Positions 1 through 12,700 of a DNA stretch of 64,000 bases are shown one piece after another. This DNA comes from Amoebidium appalachense (Eukaryota > Protista > Ichthyosporea). The DNA lies in assembly GCA_963693365.1 (NCBI GenBank), contig CAVNZM010000013.1:7998940-8062939 (forward strand). The letters are read 5' to 3'. How positions within the stretch are numbered: the first letter of the stretch is position 1; each line of letters starts with the position of its first letter. Position numbers and translations under genes: made by a program. Below the pieces are notes generated by a model. The model searched no databases and was not told the origin of the DNA. It was given only the letters and a program-made list of their open reading frames with translations.

Positions 1-2281
1 AGAAGCTGGGGCTGAGTACTACGTCGAGTATGACGACAAACATGGTTGAAAGCTCGGGCAGGAATACCTTTGGAAAACGCTGAGGTGAAGTGGCCTAACA
101 GCGTGTCGGGGGCAGACGTTAGCTGAGGAAGGGGCTACGTTGGGTCTCTGCCTGCCAACTTGGAAACGACAATATGTGGCAGCCTAAGCTAACGCTGAAA
201 CCAGGCCCAGCTAGGTGGCGGGTCACGTGGAAACTTTCCAGAAAGTTCTGCGTGCTCAGACTGAGTGCCACTGACGTCTCTGCGATGCGCTCAATAGGGC
301 TGCGACCCAGGGGTGCAGACAAAGGGGCTACAAGCGGGTGACCACCAACAGTGCACCAAAACGCCTTCAAACATATATGTACACACATACACCGGCGAAC
401 ACACTTCTCATGATCAGGAGTGAGTCATAAGCGGCAAAGCCTGAGCACGAGAGACTCCTCTCCTTCACCGTGGCTATGGAGTCGGGAGCACGGCGCCGGC
501 TGCCAGCCTGCCAGGGGCCGCCATCGTGGTCCGGCCGTCATGAGCCTCGAGGCTCATGATCATGGGCCTGGCAGCCGGGCCGCTGGCGTCGGGCCTGGCT
601 TCAGGCCATGGCCCGATGGTGACTCCGAACCGGCCCTCGGAATCTTCCCTTCCTGGAGCCGAAACAAGGCCTCCTACTCTGACAGAGTACTAGAGGCCTG
701 GAGCCGAAACCGCCCAGCACTCCGGGGCCAAGCCGGGCCAGGGGCATCCGTCGGTACGCGCGCGTAGGTACGGTACGTGTATGCATACTCAGGGAAAGTC
801 ACTAGTCGGTCAGCGGCTGCTAACTTACCACCTGTCTGCCTGGCTCGGTGCTACTGCAGCTGGGCTGGGTGCACTAGTACTTGGGGGACCCCCCGAAGAA
901 AAAATATAAGAGGGACACCATTCACTGGCTAATCATTCAGAACCATGCACGGGCATGTCATGATCACATCGGAAAGAAAAGGAGACTAGTGTAACGGTAC
1001 CCACCGTGACGGGCCCAGCTGCGACGTGTAGACTCGGACTGAATGGTGGTGTGGCCCATGGAACGTACAGTGACTCGCGGTCGACGGTGCTGCCACGTAC
1101 CTAGTCTGGCAGAGTGAAGATCACCGGGGCCGCTCAATAAACCGTGTTACTTTACTTCAAATCAGCGGTGGAGTGAGTCATCGTGCAGCCCGGGACCATG
1201 CGGCTCCGAAACTCTACTAAAAGATTTGACTTTTTGTCACGCTGGCGCAGCACGGTGTGAAGTTTAGCCTTCCGTCGGTGACACACCCCTATTATATCTA
1301 TACCCCGACAAAGTCGACGTCCAATCATCTGGCTATGCCGAGGGTGGCCATCACGAAAACATATGCTCCGACAGTGATCATGAGTCACTAGTAATGCTGA
1401 CTCAGGCAACTTGGCACCTATAGCTAGTGCACGGTCCTGAGGGGCCCGAGTCCCCTCTCAGACGGCCTATACACACTGTACTCAGCCTGTAACGCCGTAT
1501 CCGGAAACTAGCGTGTCCAGCCTTGGCAGTGCAGTCCACGGCCCACTGGGGCCTAGGCCGCATCTGGCAGGCACGTACTTCCGAGCCTCTGTGCCACCCG
1601 GTGGCACGCACTGGCCTGACCATCCCTTGATCCACACACACCGGGATACACTGGGCCATATACGGTGCACGTGACACACTGCAGCTGCTGTAATAACACA
1701 TATTGACACACACAAGCACCATGGCTTAGTCACTAGTACACACAACCCGGTGACACCGCGACAAAAACACACACCGCCGTGCACCGTGACTCACCACGGT
1801 GACCGTGACACCGTGACACACACCTGCGGGCCGTCGGATCCGGACATAACTTGTACTCAGAGCTAGGGTCACGGGTCTGACAGTGTCACCCCATGCGACA
1901 CATGATCATGTTGCCCTCGACCGCCGCGGCACACACCGCCACTGGTGTGCCATTTCAAGCAAGAGCCTCCCGGCTCTCAGCCTGCTCTCTGAGCCTCCGA
2001 GTCTCACGTCGCGACTCCCAGCTGCAGTGCCGTACTGCATCCGATTCGCCGGATTCCTCCAGCCGCGACGTCAGTAAAGACTCGAGGTTCCCCAGTTTCC
2101 AGCGGCCCTTGCCCCGGCCCAACTCCGTCACAGAACCGTCAGTGGCGCCGCGGCCACTGCACACTCGAGCATGGACACACTAGTCTGTGGCACTACACAG
2201 GTACCGGCCCAACTTCAATTGAAGTTGAGCTTAAAACACGTGCACTGCGCCTCACACACGTGCACACACGTGCACGCCGTG

Positions 2282-2358
<77 letters not shown>

Positions 2359-3246
2359 CACACAAAACTGACAGGTGACACACACACACACACACACGCA
2401 ACACACTTCACCGTACACACACGCACGCAGTCACACTGGCACGCACACACACATACACACACGTGAACACAAGCACCAGGTCCATGCGTACGCAAGCCTT
2501 CACGCCCCACTGTACTGTATGATACAAGAATAGGCTTCGAACGGCGTGTGCCCGGTCGGGGCTCTCACCGTAGTAGACGGGACTTAGAGACAAGAGTGCA
2601 CGCGTGGGGCCTGGTGAGACAGCGGCGCCAGCACTCTCTCTGAGAAAAAGGGGAAGCCTCAGGACTCTTAGGGCCCGGAGAGTTTGTGTGTTTATGTGAC
2701 GTGCATGGCTGTCATTGTGTGAAAGTTTCTGCTATATTCGATTTAATAAACAACGATAGCCTATCATTATAGTATAGAGCAAACAAAAAAGTAGGAATAT
2801 GGCATGATGCGCAGTTCAGTCTGAGACACGTTTACACACCGGCGGGGGGCCCGGAGTGCCCGGGACTCAGTTGTCACTGGCAGATCGATGGTCGGTGTGC
2901 ATGGTCACGGTGGCAGTGCCACTGGGGAAGACCTGCGCATGCCAACTTTGAAGTTCAAATGGACCTACAGTACGTGCGCTGGGTAATACGCATGCAAAAC
3001 ATAAGCAAGTTGATTTCAAAGTAGATCAAACTTGGCCACGTGGTCACGGCTTAGTAAGCGTTAGAGAGCCACGCGGCACCATGCCCGACGTTGATGCTCA
3101 CACACGTGCGCATCTATAGCTAGGCTGTTTTATCACACCATGAACCCTGGCCCGGGTGGGCGGCTATCACCCCCTTGATCAGCTCCCTTGATCATGATGA
3201 TGGCTAAATTTCACGAGAAGTTTGGATAGCCGATATACTATCAGTA

Positions 3247-4225
3247 GATAAGTCTGTATGGTGCTCTGATGTTGATATTGCCTGGGAAGTTGTGCAGTGG
3301 CGTTGTAATTTTTGTTTCCATCGCCGCTGGTGCCACTTTTGTGCTGAACTTTTTAATCGCAAGCATGTTGATAGGTGTGAGTTTTTATGTCGCGTTTTAC
3401 CTCTTTCCCAGGGGTGTCTGCTACACTGGGTGGCAATATTAATGTGACCACTTTAGACTCTTCACATGTACAGTGTTGAATTCTGTTGGTCGTCACATTT
3501 GAGTAGTCATATGATTTTCACACAGTGTTCAGGTATCTCAGTATGCACTTGTTACTGGATAACTCGTGAAGTTTTTATTGTCTTCTCAGTATGCCGTGCA
3601 TACTTGCATATCTTTCCGTTGAATAAATCAGTCAAAAGAGGGTATTATCATATTTATCATACGGGCCAATGCACGACCGTGATCGTGTCCCCCCCCCCCC
3701 CCTCTCCCCCCCCCCCCCCCCCCCCCCCCCCACCCACCCACATTTTTCTTCTTCTTTCTTCTTTTTTTTCTTCTTTTGGCTTATTGCCAGTTTTTATCAT
3801 TTTTGGAGGTGGTTTAGGAAGTACGTGGAGTACTATTATGTAGGTAGCGGTGACACTGTATAGCTCCAGGCTGAAGGAACACCAGAAGCATGGCAGAAGC
3901 GCTTGCCAATGGGCCATATTGTCCAATATGTAAAAAAAAAACCAAAAAAAAACAAGAAAAAACGGGGAACCCCAACCAATTGATTTTTCTTAGTCTTTAT
4001 GGTGTCTCGTAGAGAAAGTAAACCCTGATATATAGTCATCACCCGACATCTATGTACCTGATCATGATATACCGCTGAGGGGATATTCCGAGCAAAAAAC
4101 CCCCAATCTGAGACTGGTCTCTCTTTTTTTTTTCTTTTTTTTTTCCTTTTCTTTTTTTTCTTTTTTTCCCCTTTTTTCCTTTTCTTTTGTCTCTCTTTGC
4201 CTCGAGTAAACAGCATAAACCCCAA
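3247..4225 (+). mobile_element. Degenerate non-LTR retrotransposon 3' fragment (C-terminal Cys/His domain plus 3' tail)
   Basis: The frame from 3247 reads DKSVWCSDVDIAWEVVQWRCNFCFHRRWCHFCAELFNRKHVDRC, matching the QWRxN..C..FNR...C pattern at the end of ORF 7263-8495. The A-rich tract plus 3963-4225 is near-identical to 8626-8822. Confidence 0.6.
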
Positions 4226-4469
4226 TATGTCTCCAGCTGTTAACCCCAAACGTGCCCGGTCCAACAGTGCTGAACACTGTACGTAATCATTATGAGTTTT
4301 CTCGGGTATATGATTATCTTAGTCATTATCTCCTCCGTATCCAAGAGTAATAAGGGCTTTTTTGTCTTTTCTTCTCTATCTGTACCATCTCGAATGCTTC
4401 TCTTTTAATGAGCACCTCAATAAAGTCATTATTAAAATAAAATAAATAAAAATCAACCAAGAAGCGCTA

Positions 4470-5479
4470 TGTATATTACAGTGGTTGTGTGACAGTCGGA
4501 TTCGACTGTGACTCGTGATGCTGTCGAAAGAAAGAAAAGCAGTTCAGCTGCAATTTATTCCCGACCGAGGCTGAAAGCCGAAGTTGGGTTGGTGAAAGGG
4601 TTGTTAGGGGAGCGGTCTGTCTCACGTGAGATGTCAAGAGAGGATCTGCCAGGAACCAATCAAAAAGCCAATCAATTAGGAAATAGAGCGCAGTGCTTTA
4701 TTTTACACTTCTCCGTAATTTTTTTGATTGGCGACTAATATTAAGTCAAAACATGGGCCTGCAAAAATGGCAACCCATCATGTGTTTTGAGGCCTATATT
4801 AGGTGCGCGGACCTGTGGTATATTATACCGGATAACTAGTATGGATGTACACAGGTTGAGATATACGCGCGTGTGTACATGTATATATACCACTGTGTTT
4901 GATCTTAGGTAGGCCAGTATGCATGTCACCCAGTCTTGTGCACATGAGCATGGAATTAGACATATGTGCACGTGCAGCTTGCATGATTATTCATGGGAAA
5001 ACAGATCATATGATAGTCGCATGGGACCGACAGTCACGTCGTAGAGGAACCATGAGCGTTTATATATCGTAGTTTTATCATGGGAAAATATGCAAGTAGC
5101 CGTGAGGTATGACTGTGGAATGCATCGCTAGTCAAGTACTGTCACCCGATTGGCTCACTTAGTTTATTGGAACCGTGATGCCATGGGACAGAACCTGGTG
5201 AACCGTATGTGATTGGCTCTCCGAGTCGTAGCCAAAAGGACATACCGATGCACATGTCTGAGCCGCTGTGCGAGCTCCGATATAAGGGCATGTCGGGGGC
5301 TTCAGAGCTCACTCAGTGTGCTCGACTTACTAGGTGTAACAGTAAGTAGGACTAGCACGTAACTTAGCAAAGCGTGGTCTAGTCAACCCCGTTCATTCAA
5401 AATATATTGTTTTGTCACGGACACACGATCATATTATACAACAGCACAGGACCAAAACACGTGCATTCAACTCGCGACA
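4470..5479. mobile_element. Solo LTR (~1.0 kb)
   Basis: TG...CA ends flanked by GCGCTA on both sides (4464-4469 and 5480-5485). Internal ATTGG boxes and a TATA-like TATAAG near 5281; no meaningful ORF. Confidence 0.7.
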
Positions 5480-5498
5480 GCGCTAGTAATGTGCGTCC

Positions 5499-5950
5499 TG
5501 TCAAGAGGTTCCGCCGCAATTGCAAGGAAGTACACGTGTTCCTCGTATCAGAATAAATGTGGAGCAGAGGCAGGATTCGGTCCTGTGACCTCTGTAAGAG
5601 ACAATCACTTCTACATAGCGGATCGAGAGTAGAGAGGTTCGCAGGAAGTGGTTTGAGATCTCGGATCTGACCTCCGGTACCATCTGAGGATGGTCCGGCT
5701 GCTTTATATACCTGAGCGGATGCCAGTCCGCGAATACATTGTGTCCAATAGGATTACAGATAGTCTCTCAGGATAGATCGGGAGTATGTACTAGCCAAAA
5801 GGAAGATAGTTATGGTTCCTGCCAGTGGCGTATGCGGCCCCAGGCGGTCCCCAAGTACGCGGGGACGGGATAGGCGGGAACAGGCTAAGCACGTGACTGG
5901 GAAGAGCAGGAATAAACAGATAGACTATATTCCGAGAGTCTATCATAACA
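5499..5950. mobile_element. LTR-like repeat, copy 1 (intact)
   Basis: TG...CA ends. 5550-5950 is repeated as 6556-6720 plus 19160-19396. It is followed by a possible minus-strand polypurine tract (catcccttct). No matching TSD found. Confidence 0.55.
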
Positions 5951-7208
5951 CATCCCTTCTGCGGTACGCCAGTCACTAGCAAAGGCATCGGCAGAAATCT
6001 ATGTCTGCAGAAAGAAAAAGTTGCAGGTGATGCGACAATATGCCCCGTAGCACCCCTTGTCAGAGAGACCTAAAATAAGTTGGCGCAGGTATATTATATA
6101 TTAAGCATGAAAGTAACGTAAAACTACACTAGTGCTTCAGTCCTTAGAAATCCACTAAGTCTCACACATCCAAGGCTGGATCCTCAGGCAACTGTTGAGT
6201 TGTGAGCATGGCGGCGCTCAGCAGTGTCCTTGTGTTCTTGTGTAGTAGCGGACCGGAAGATGTTCATGCTGCCGCGACATGGAGAGAAGTGAAAAGAAGA
6301 TATAGGTTTCCGTAAGTCCAGTTGCGTATTAGTACAACGACCGAAGATGAAGTAGATGTAGCTATTCAACGTGCAGCACCGTCCCTCCTCAGTGCAGTTG
6401 AAAATTGTCGTGACGAGTAGAAGTAGACTGGACTGGAGAAAGTTGCTTGTAGAAGCTTGTCGATGGACGTTTCTGACAGCACAGTAGGAGTAAGCGTGTG
6501 CTCCATCTCAAGTGGGCCGTGACGCCCCTATTCTATCTTTAACTTATCACCATATTAGAATAAATGTGGACTGCAGAGGCAGGATTCGGTCCTGTGACTT
6601 CTGTAAGAGACAATCACTTCTACGTAGCGGATCGAGAGTAGAGAGGTTCGCAGGAAGTGGTTTGAGATCTCGGATCCTCCGGTACCATCTGAGGATGATG
6701 GTCACGGTCCGGCGGCTTTACATCAGCAATCTTCCCCCCCATCGGAAACCCCTCTACGACGTCGACGACGGGTTCGGAGTAGTTTACGATACCTGAGTGG
6801 CTGCGTTTGGTACCCTCGACATTTTAATGGATGGAAAAGCTGAAAACCCATCGTCGACGTCGACAAGCATGTTACAGGGTAATAAAGAGGTCCACTGATT
6901 TCTCGACCCTCATGTGTATATGCCAACGTCATCCTATGGACATGCTGTGCATGCGTTTACACCGTCCATTAAACAAATGTAGCACCTATTCCAATGCTAT
7001 AGATGTGCTATGGACGTCGTAAGCCTGTTCTACGTATGTATACTGTGTAGGCTAACATGATGGGTATCGTCGACGTCGAAAACAAAGCATACTGTGAAGG
7101 CGATTCTAAGCATCTTAATATGAGGTTTCCGACGTCTGTAAACTAATAAGAAACGGCGAATTCTGCAATAATAAATACTGTTTTTATAATGTATAAGTAC
7201 AATAGTTT

Positions 7209-7241
<33 letters not shown>

Positions 7242-7244
<3 letters not shown>

Positions 7245-8515
7245 CCTAGACGCCTGCAAAGATTGTTCGATGTAGTGTCAGAGTGGTGCAAGGCAAACCT
7301 TATGATCCTTAACATAGACAAATGTGGTGTTCTTGTACCTGATATAGCTAACAATTTACACACATTTACATTATCATCTAAACCTGTACCTATAGTTCCA
7401 GAATACAAATATCTTGGTGTTCCGGTTGATTCTGTTGGTGTTATGTTTCCCCATATGGTCGAAAAGAGGGTAGAGTTGGCTCGTAAGCGGTTAGCTTTCT
7501 TCTCGGCTAATATTTTTAAAGACACACCCCTCCATCCTTCTATTAGACCTACATTTATTCGCACTTTTGTCTTCCCGGCATGTGAATATGGTTTACCCCT
7601 TCTCGCCGCTTGGATCAAGAAAGAGAGAACTAGAGCGCTTAAACCCTTGGCAAATTTCCTTGAAGCAGAAGTTGCCTCCTTTCTATCTAACAACTGTTGT
7701 AAACCTGGGCCTGTAACGCTCTCGATATATGGTCTGGTCCCAATAGCTGCTAGAGTATCCTATCTCGCGCTGAAATTCAATAAGCACATCAGCCGCTTAA
7801 AGAAGTATTTGCCCTCCCACCCTCTCTTCTCTATCCGACCTGTCCCCTCCTCACCTCTCCCCTCTTTCCTCCCCTCTCTCTCCCCTTCTCCCCTGGGCAC
7901 AAATACAAATAAACCCCGCAATAGTGTGTGTGTGACTTTGGACTGCCACTTACTTATTAAACATGTACACAATCACAAGATAATCACGCAATATAACAAA
8001 TGGAAAAAGATACCACACGACACTAGACCCGATGAAAGCATACACCTTGAAAAACTAAGCCTTATGTCTCGTTTTATATATACTGACCGCCTCAACCATA
8101 TTGCCAAATATGGCACTCGCAAGTGTATAACACCTAAATACATATTACCTTCCTGTAGAACTGGTCTTTCTCTAGCTGATGGTATTATTGATCAATTACC
8201 ACGCTTTTACTGTACACGTGCTATACAGTGGAGATCTAATAAGTATAAGGTGGCATCATTTGCATGCCCAAACAACACACACACACACCAGTTTAACCGG
8301 TCATGTATCGCCAAATGTAGTTTGATAGACCACATAATACCGCAACACACACACGTCACATTCACAACAGACACCCAGAAAGATAGCCTACCTGTAAATT
8401 ACAACATCCTTGATTTTATACTAAACACGCGTAACTACGACCTGTTTATTAGATGTATTGATTGGCTTGAGAAACACATCACTACAAAATTATAGCGCAC
8501 GCGCACACACACACA

Positions 8516-8558
<43 letters not shown>

Positions 8559-8590
8559 CCAGCTGATACCGAGTGTCCCGAGGGGAGCCC

Positions 8591-8626
<36 letters not shown>

Positions 8627-8825
8627 GGGGAACCCCAACTAATTGATTTCTCCTTGTAGTCTTTATGGTGTCTCGTAGAGAAAGTAAACCCTGATATATA
8701 GTCACCACCCGACATCTATGTACGTGATCATGATATACCGCTGAGGGGATATTCCGAGCAAACCCCCCCCCCCCATACCTGAGACTGGTTCTCTTTGCCT
8801 CGAGTAAACAGCGTAAACCCCCCAT
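7242..8825 (+). mobile_element. 5'-truncated LINE lying between (TA)n tracts
   Basis: Starts abruptly after (TA)n, contains the RT C-terminal ORF, then (CA)n, an A-tract and a conserved 3' segment, and ends in (TA)n. Confidence 0.8.
7263..8495 (+). pseudogene. Non-LTR reverse transcriptase C-terminal part (RT domains 6-7/thumb and Cys/His C-terminal domain), 5' truncated
   Basis: WCKANLMILNIDKCGVL...YKYLGV...RTFVFPACEYGL motifs typical of LINE ORF2. The YxDD catalytic motif is lost upstream. Confidence 0.85.
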
Positions 8826-8860
8826 ATATCATATAGTGTATATATATATATATATATATC

Positions 8861-8902
<42 letters not shown>

Positions 8903-8911
8903 ATATATAAG

Positions 8912-9845
8912 TGTTAAATTATATAAGTATTTGGGATGTAAGCAGAGACACAGTGGTGCAGTGTGAAAACACCACAGACACACACAACAACAAAACACGG
9001 AACGATCGGAGCAGTGTACACAACAGACATCAATGTTTAGACACGACTGAACTCAATTTATTTTGATCGCTAATAAATACCTGAAATTCCCTTAAGTTAA
9101 ATCCATACATGATTTCCGACCAGTCGGAAATCAGATCTATGTCTAAAATAACCAATCACAATTAACTGATTATTTCCCGGATAGATCCGGAGACACAGGA
9201 ACGCACACCATAGGTCACAGCTATAAGAAAGAAAAGAGGTGAAGAGTAACGAGGAAAGAGGTGATGTTTCTAACCTATCATCGGCTACAAAGACTCAGAC
9301 ATTTTCTGACTAAGTCCACTGATTGGATATAGTACGGCAACACACAAAACAAAAGTGGTTGACTAAGCTATGAATCATACCTGACAAGCTAAAGTGTAAC
9401 CTAAGTGTTTTTCTACCAATCAAAACATAACGAGTAATATAAATCTACTCAACGTATATTAGTGAGAGAGAAATATAATTATGTGAAAGGAAACAAGAGA
9501 AGAAAGAAAGAGAAAAGAAAGAAGAAGAAAGAGGAAAAAGAAAAGAAAGCAGGACAGAAAACACGAACAGCAAAACACAGTTATAACCGAAGATATTCAT
9601 GTACACATAACATGTACACGTTTCTCCCTCACTGGGTAGACTCGTGTACCTATAATCAGTTGCTGTAATCGATATCTAAACACACGAATATAGCCGACAC
9701 AACACGATTACAAGTACTCAAATACACTGGAGATCGATGTCATAATTTACGTACAAGGAGCACATCTTTTTCATTAAGTAAATGAATGAAAACATAACAC
9801 GAACTGAGAAGATCTTACAATATGTAAATACTACGTATTATAACA
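8912..9845. mobile_element. Solo LTR (~0.93 kb)
   Basis: TGTTA...TAACA ends with a 5-bp TSD ATAAG (8907-8911 and 9846-9850). Confidence 0.75.
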
Positions 9846-9907
9846 ATAAGTTGGGGTTTTTATAATGTATAAGTACAATAGTTTTATGTATATATATATA
9901 TAGTATA

Positions 9908-9949
<42 letters not shown>

Positions 9950-10001
9950 GGGGTAGGGGTGTCCTGGGAATGAATGACCCCCGGAGTAGTTTTTCATAGA
10001 A

Positions 10002-10200
10002 GCCCCATACGACCACCATAAGGATCGCTAATTATACCCCCATACGATCATTATAATGATCTCATTATATGCCCCATACGACCACCGTAAGGATCGCTAG
10101 TTATACCCCCATACGATCATCATAATGATCTCATTCTATGCCTCATACGATCATTATAGTGATCACATACCAAAATCCATACGGTCATCATAATGATCAC
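10002..10200. repeat. ~34-bp minisatellite, ~6 copies, alternating variants
   Basis: Repeated ccccatacga(ccaccataaggatc/tcattataatgatc) units. Confidence 0.8.
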
Positions 10201-11240
10201 AAGGAGATTATCTAACGGGCGCAACTGACATGTGAATTTGTTTTTGCACGCCTCATGGAAAGCGGATGAGGCTCATCAGGTGGCCGCGGAATGAAAGTGG
10301 TGATATCCCCCCATTCCGACCGGTTTTGTTAGACCCCCCACACAGAGAAACTGCCTAATGCAAAGTTTGGCTGTGCTCCCAACAATCCCCTGCACGTTAT
10401 TAACCGTTGAATCCCCCCTTCTTTCCCTATGTATTACAGCGCATTTTGCATAATATGGACGTACAACGGTCAATAACTTTTCCCGGGACAGTCCGACCGG
10501 TTTTGTTACATCACCCACACAGAGACACTGCCTAATGCAAAATTTGGTTGGGGCCCCATCAATCCCCTGCACGTTATTAACCGTGCAAATGTATCCATCT
10601 TGTAGTATCCACCTTTCGGTGGTTCACATGTCTAGTAGGTGTAATAAAGATGTCCAAACATAATCCATAACACGCCTTATGTATATCCATGGGCCATCCC
10701 CAAGACTGTAACAATACCATCCATATTACTGTCGTAAAACGATATATCGTACGGTACAAACGGTCGTAAGACGATACATATATCGTCGACATGTGGACTA
10801 CGACATACAAACATGCTCGCCGGATATCGTAGATTTCACCATATTTTGGAGTACTAGTACTCAACTGCAAAATATTCAATGCAGAGTTCTTGTCGGTCAT
10901 ACGATACGGCATCTTGCAGTAGTATTTGTGTGCACGCTCCCAGCTCTCAGCTGACTCCACCGGGCCAAAGAGGCGATAGTCGTCAGAATAATGCACACCA
11001 GCATGGAATTTCGATGTTTTGAGTTCGTTTTTGGTGGAGTCCTTGAAGCACTCGTACGCAGCTTTGCCGAACCTGCGTTTTTTGTTGGTGATATTACTTT
11101 ACAATATAATGCACTAGAGCGGCACGGAGTCCATTACCAAATGGCGAAAGTTCTGCCATCGTTTCGTGTAGGATCTATACACCTAGACACGTGCAGGGGG
11201 GGGGGGGGGTCGTAGTGGGAAGGAGGGAAGACAGGGGGGG

Positions 11241-11279
<39 letters not shown>

Positions 11280-11423
11280 CGGCAGACACGTACGTTCTGT
11301 AACGCTCCTTCATCTCGTTGAGTGAGTCCTTTTTTATAATGTATTTCCGTTTATATATTTACACATAATCGCCACATGCATTTACCGGTGCGCCATGATA
11401 AACACATGGCCGGCTTATCATTG

Positions 11424-11424
<1 letters not shown>

Positions 11425-11467
<43 letters not shown>

Positions 11468-11593
11468 CACACACGGCATTCGATACCGTCCAGTCTTGCT
11501 CTTCCCAAGGCATCCACATGCTCGCACACAATGCAGAAACATGCACTCACACACACGCACGCACACTGGCACACCGGGACACACACACACACC

Positions 11594-11678
<85 letters not shown>

Positions 11679-11858
11679 AACACACACACACACACATACA
11701 GAGAGACACACACACATATGCACACACACGGTGCATTTCCTCCCCTCCCATTCCCTCTCCACAGAGCACACACACACACACGTGCACACATGCACACACA
11801 TGGTGCATCCCCCCCCCCCCCTTCCCTCTCAACCGAGCACATACACACACACATACAT

Positions 11859-11893
<35 letters not shown>

Positions 11894-12623
11894 CACACAT
11901 GCACACATGCACGGACACGAATCCCCCCCTTCCCCTTCCCTCTCCACCGAGCACATGCACACATGCACAGACATGCACACACACACACACACCACACACG
12001 ACGCACACAGACATGCACACACACACAAACACACAACACACACACACACACATACACACAGACACACACACACACACACACACACATACATGCACACACA
12101 CGGTGCATTTCCCCCCTCCCCTTCCCTCTCCACAGAGCACACACACACACACGTGCACACATGCACACACACGGTGCATCCCCCCTCTCCCCCCCTGCCC
12201 TTTCAACTGAGCACATACACACACACAGACATGCACACACACACAACATACACAGACATCCACACATCAGACACAGACACGCATACACACACACACACAG
12301 GCACACACACACACATGCACATATGCACACACAGACACACACATGCACATGCACACTCACATATGCACACACACACACACACGCAAACACACACACACAC
12401 ACACACACATACAGATATGCACACACACACACTGTCTCTCTCTCTTTTCTCCCTCCCTCCCACCCTCCCTCCCCCCTCCCCCCTTCCTCCCTCCCTCCCA
12501 ACCATCCCTCCCTCCCTCCCTCCGTCCCTCCCTCCGTCCCTCCCTCCCCCCTCCCTCCCTCCCTCCCAACCATCCCTCCCTCCCTCCCCCCGTCCCTCCC
12601 TCCCTCCGTCCCTCCCTCCCTCC

Positions 12624-12667
<44 letters not shown>

Positions 12668-12700
12668 CACACACACACATGCACATGCACATGCACATGC
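11425..12700. repeat. Compound (CA)n / (CCCT)n microsatellite
   Basis: Seen directly; source of the spurious His/Thr- and Cys/Val-rich ORFs. Confidence 0.95.

Noticed and set aside
3960-4230. Hammerhead ribozyme / Penelope-like repeat or known snRNA
   Set aside because: No proper CUGANGA...GAAA core or Sm site found, and the associated proteins are LINE-like.
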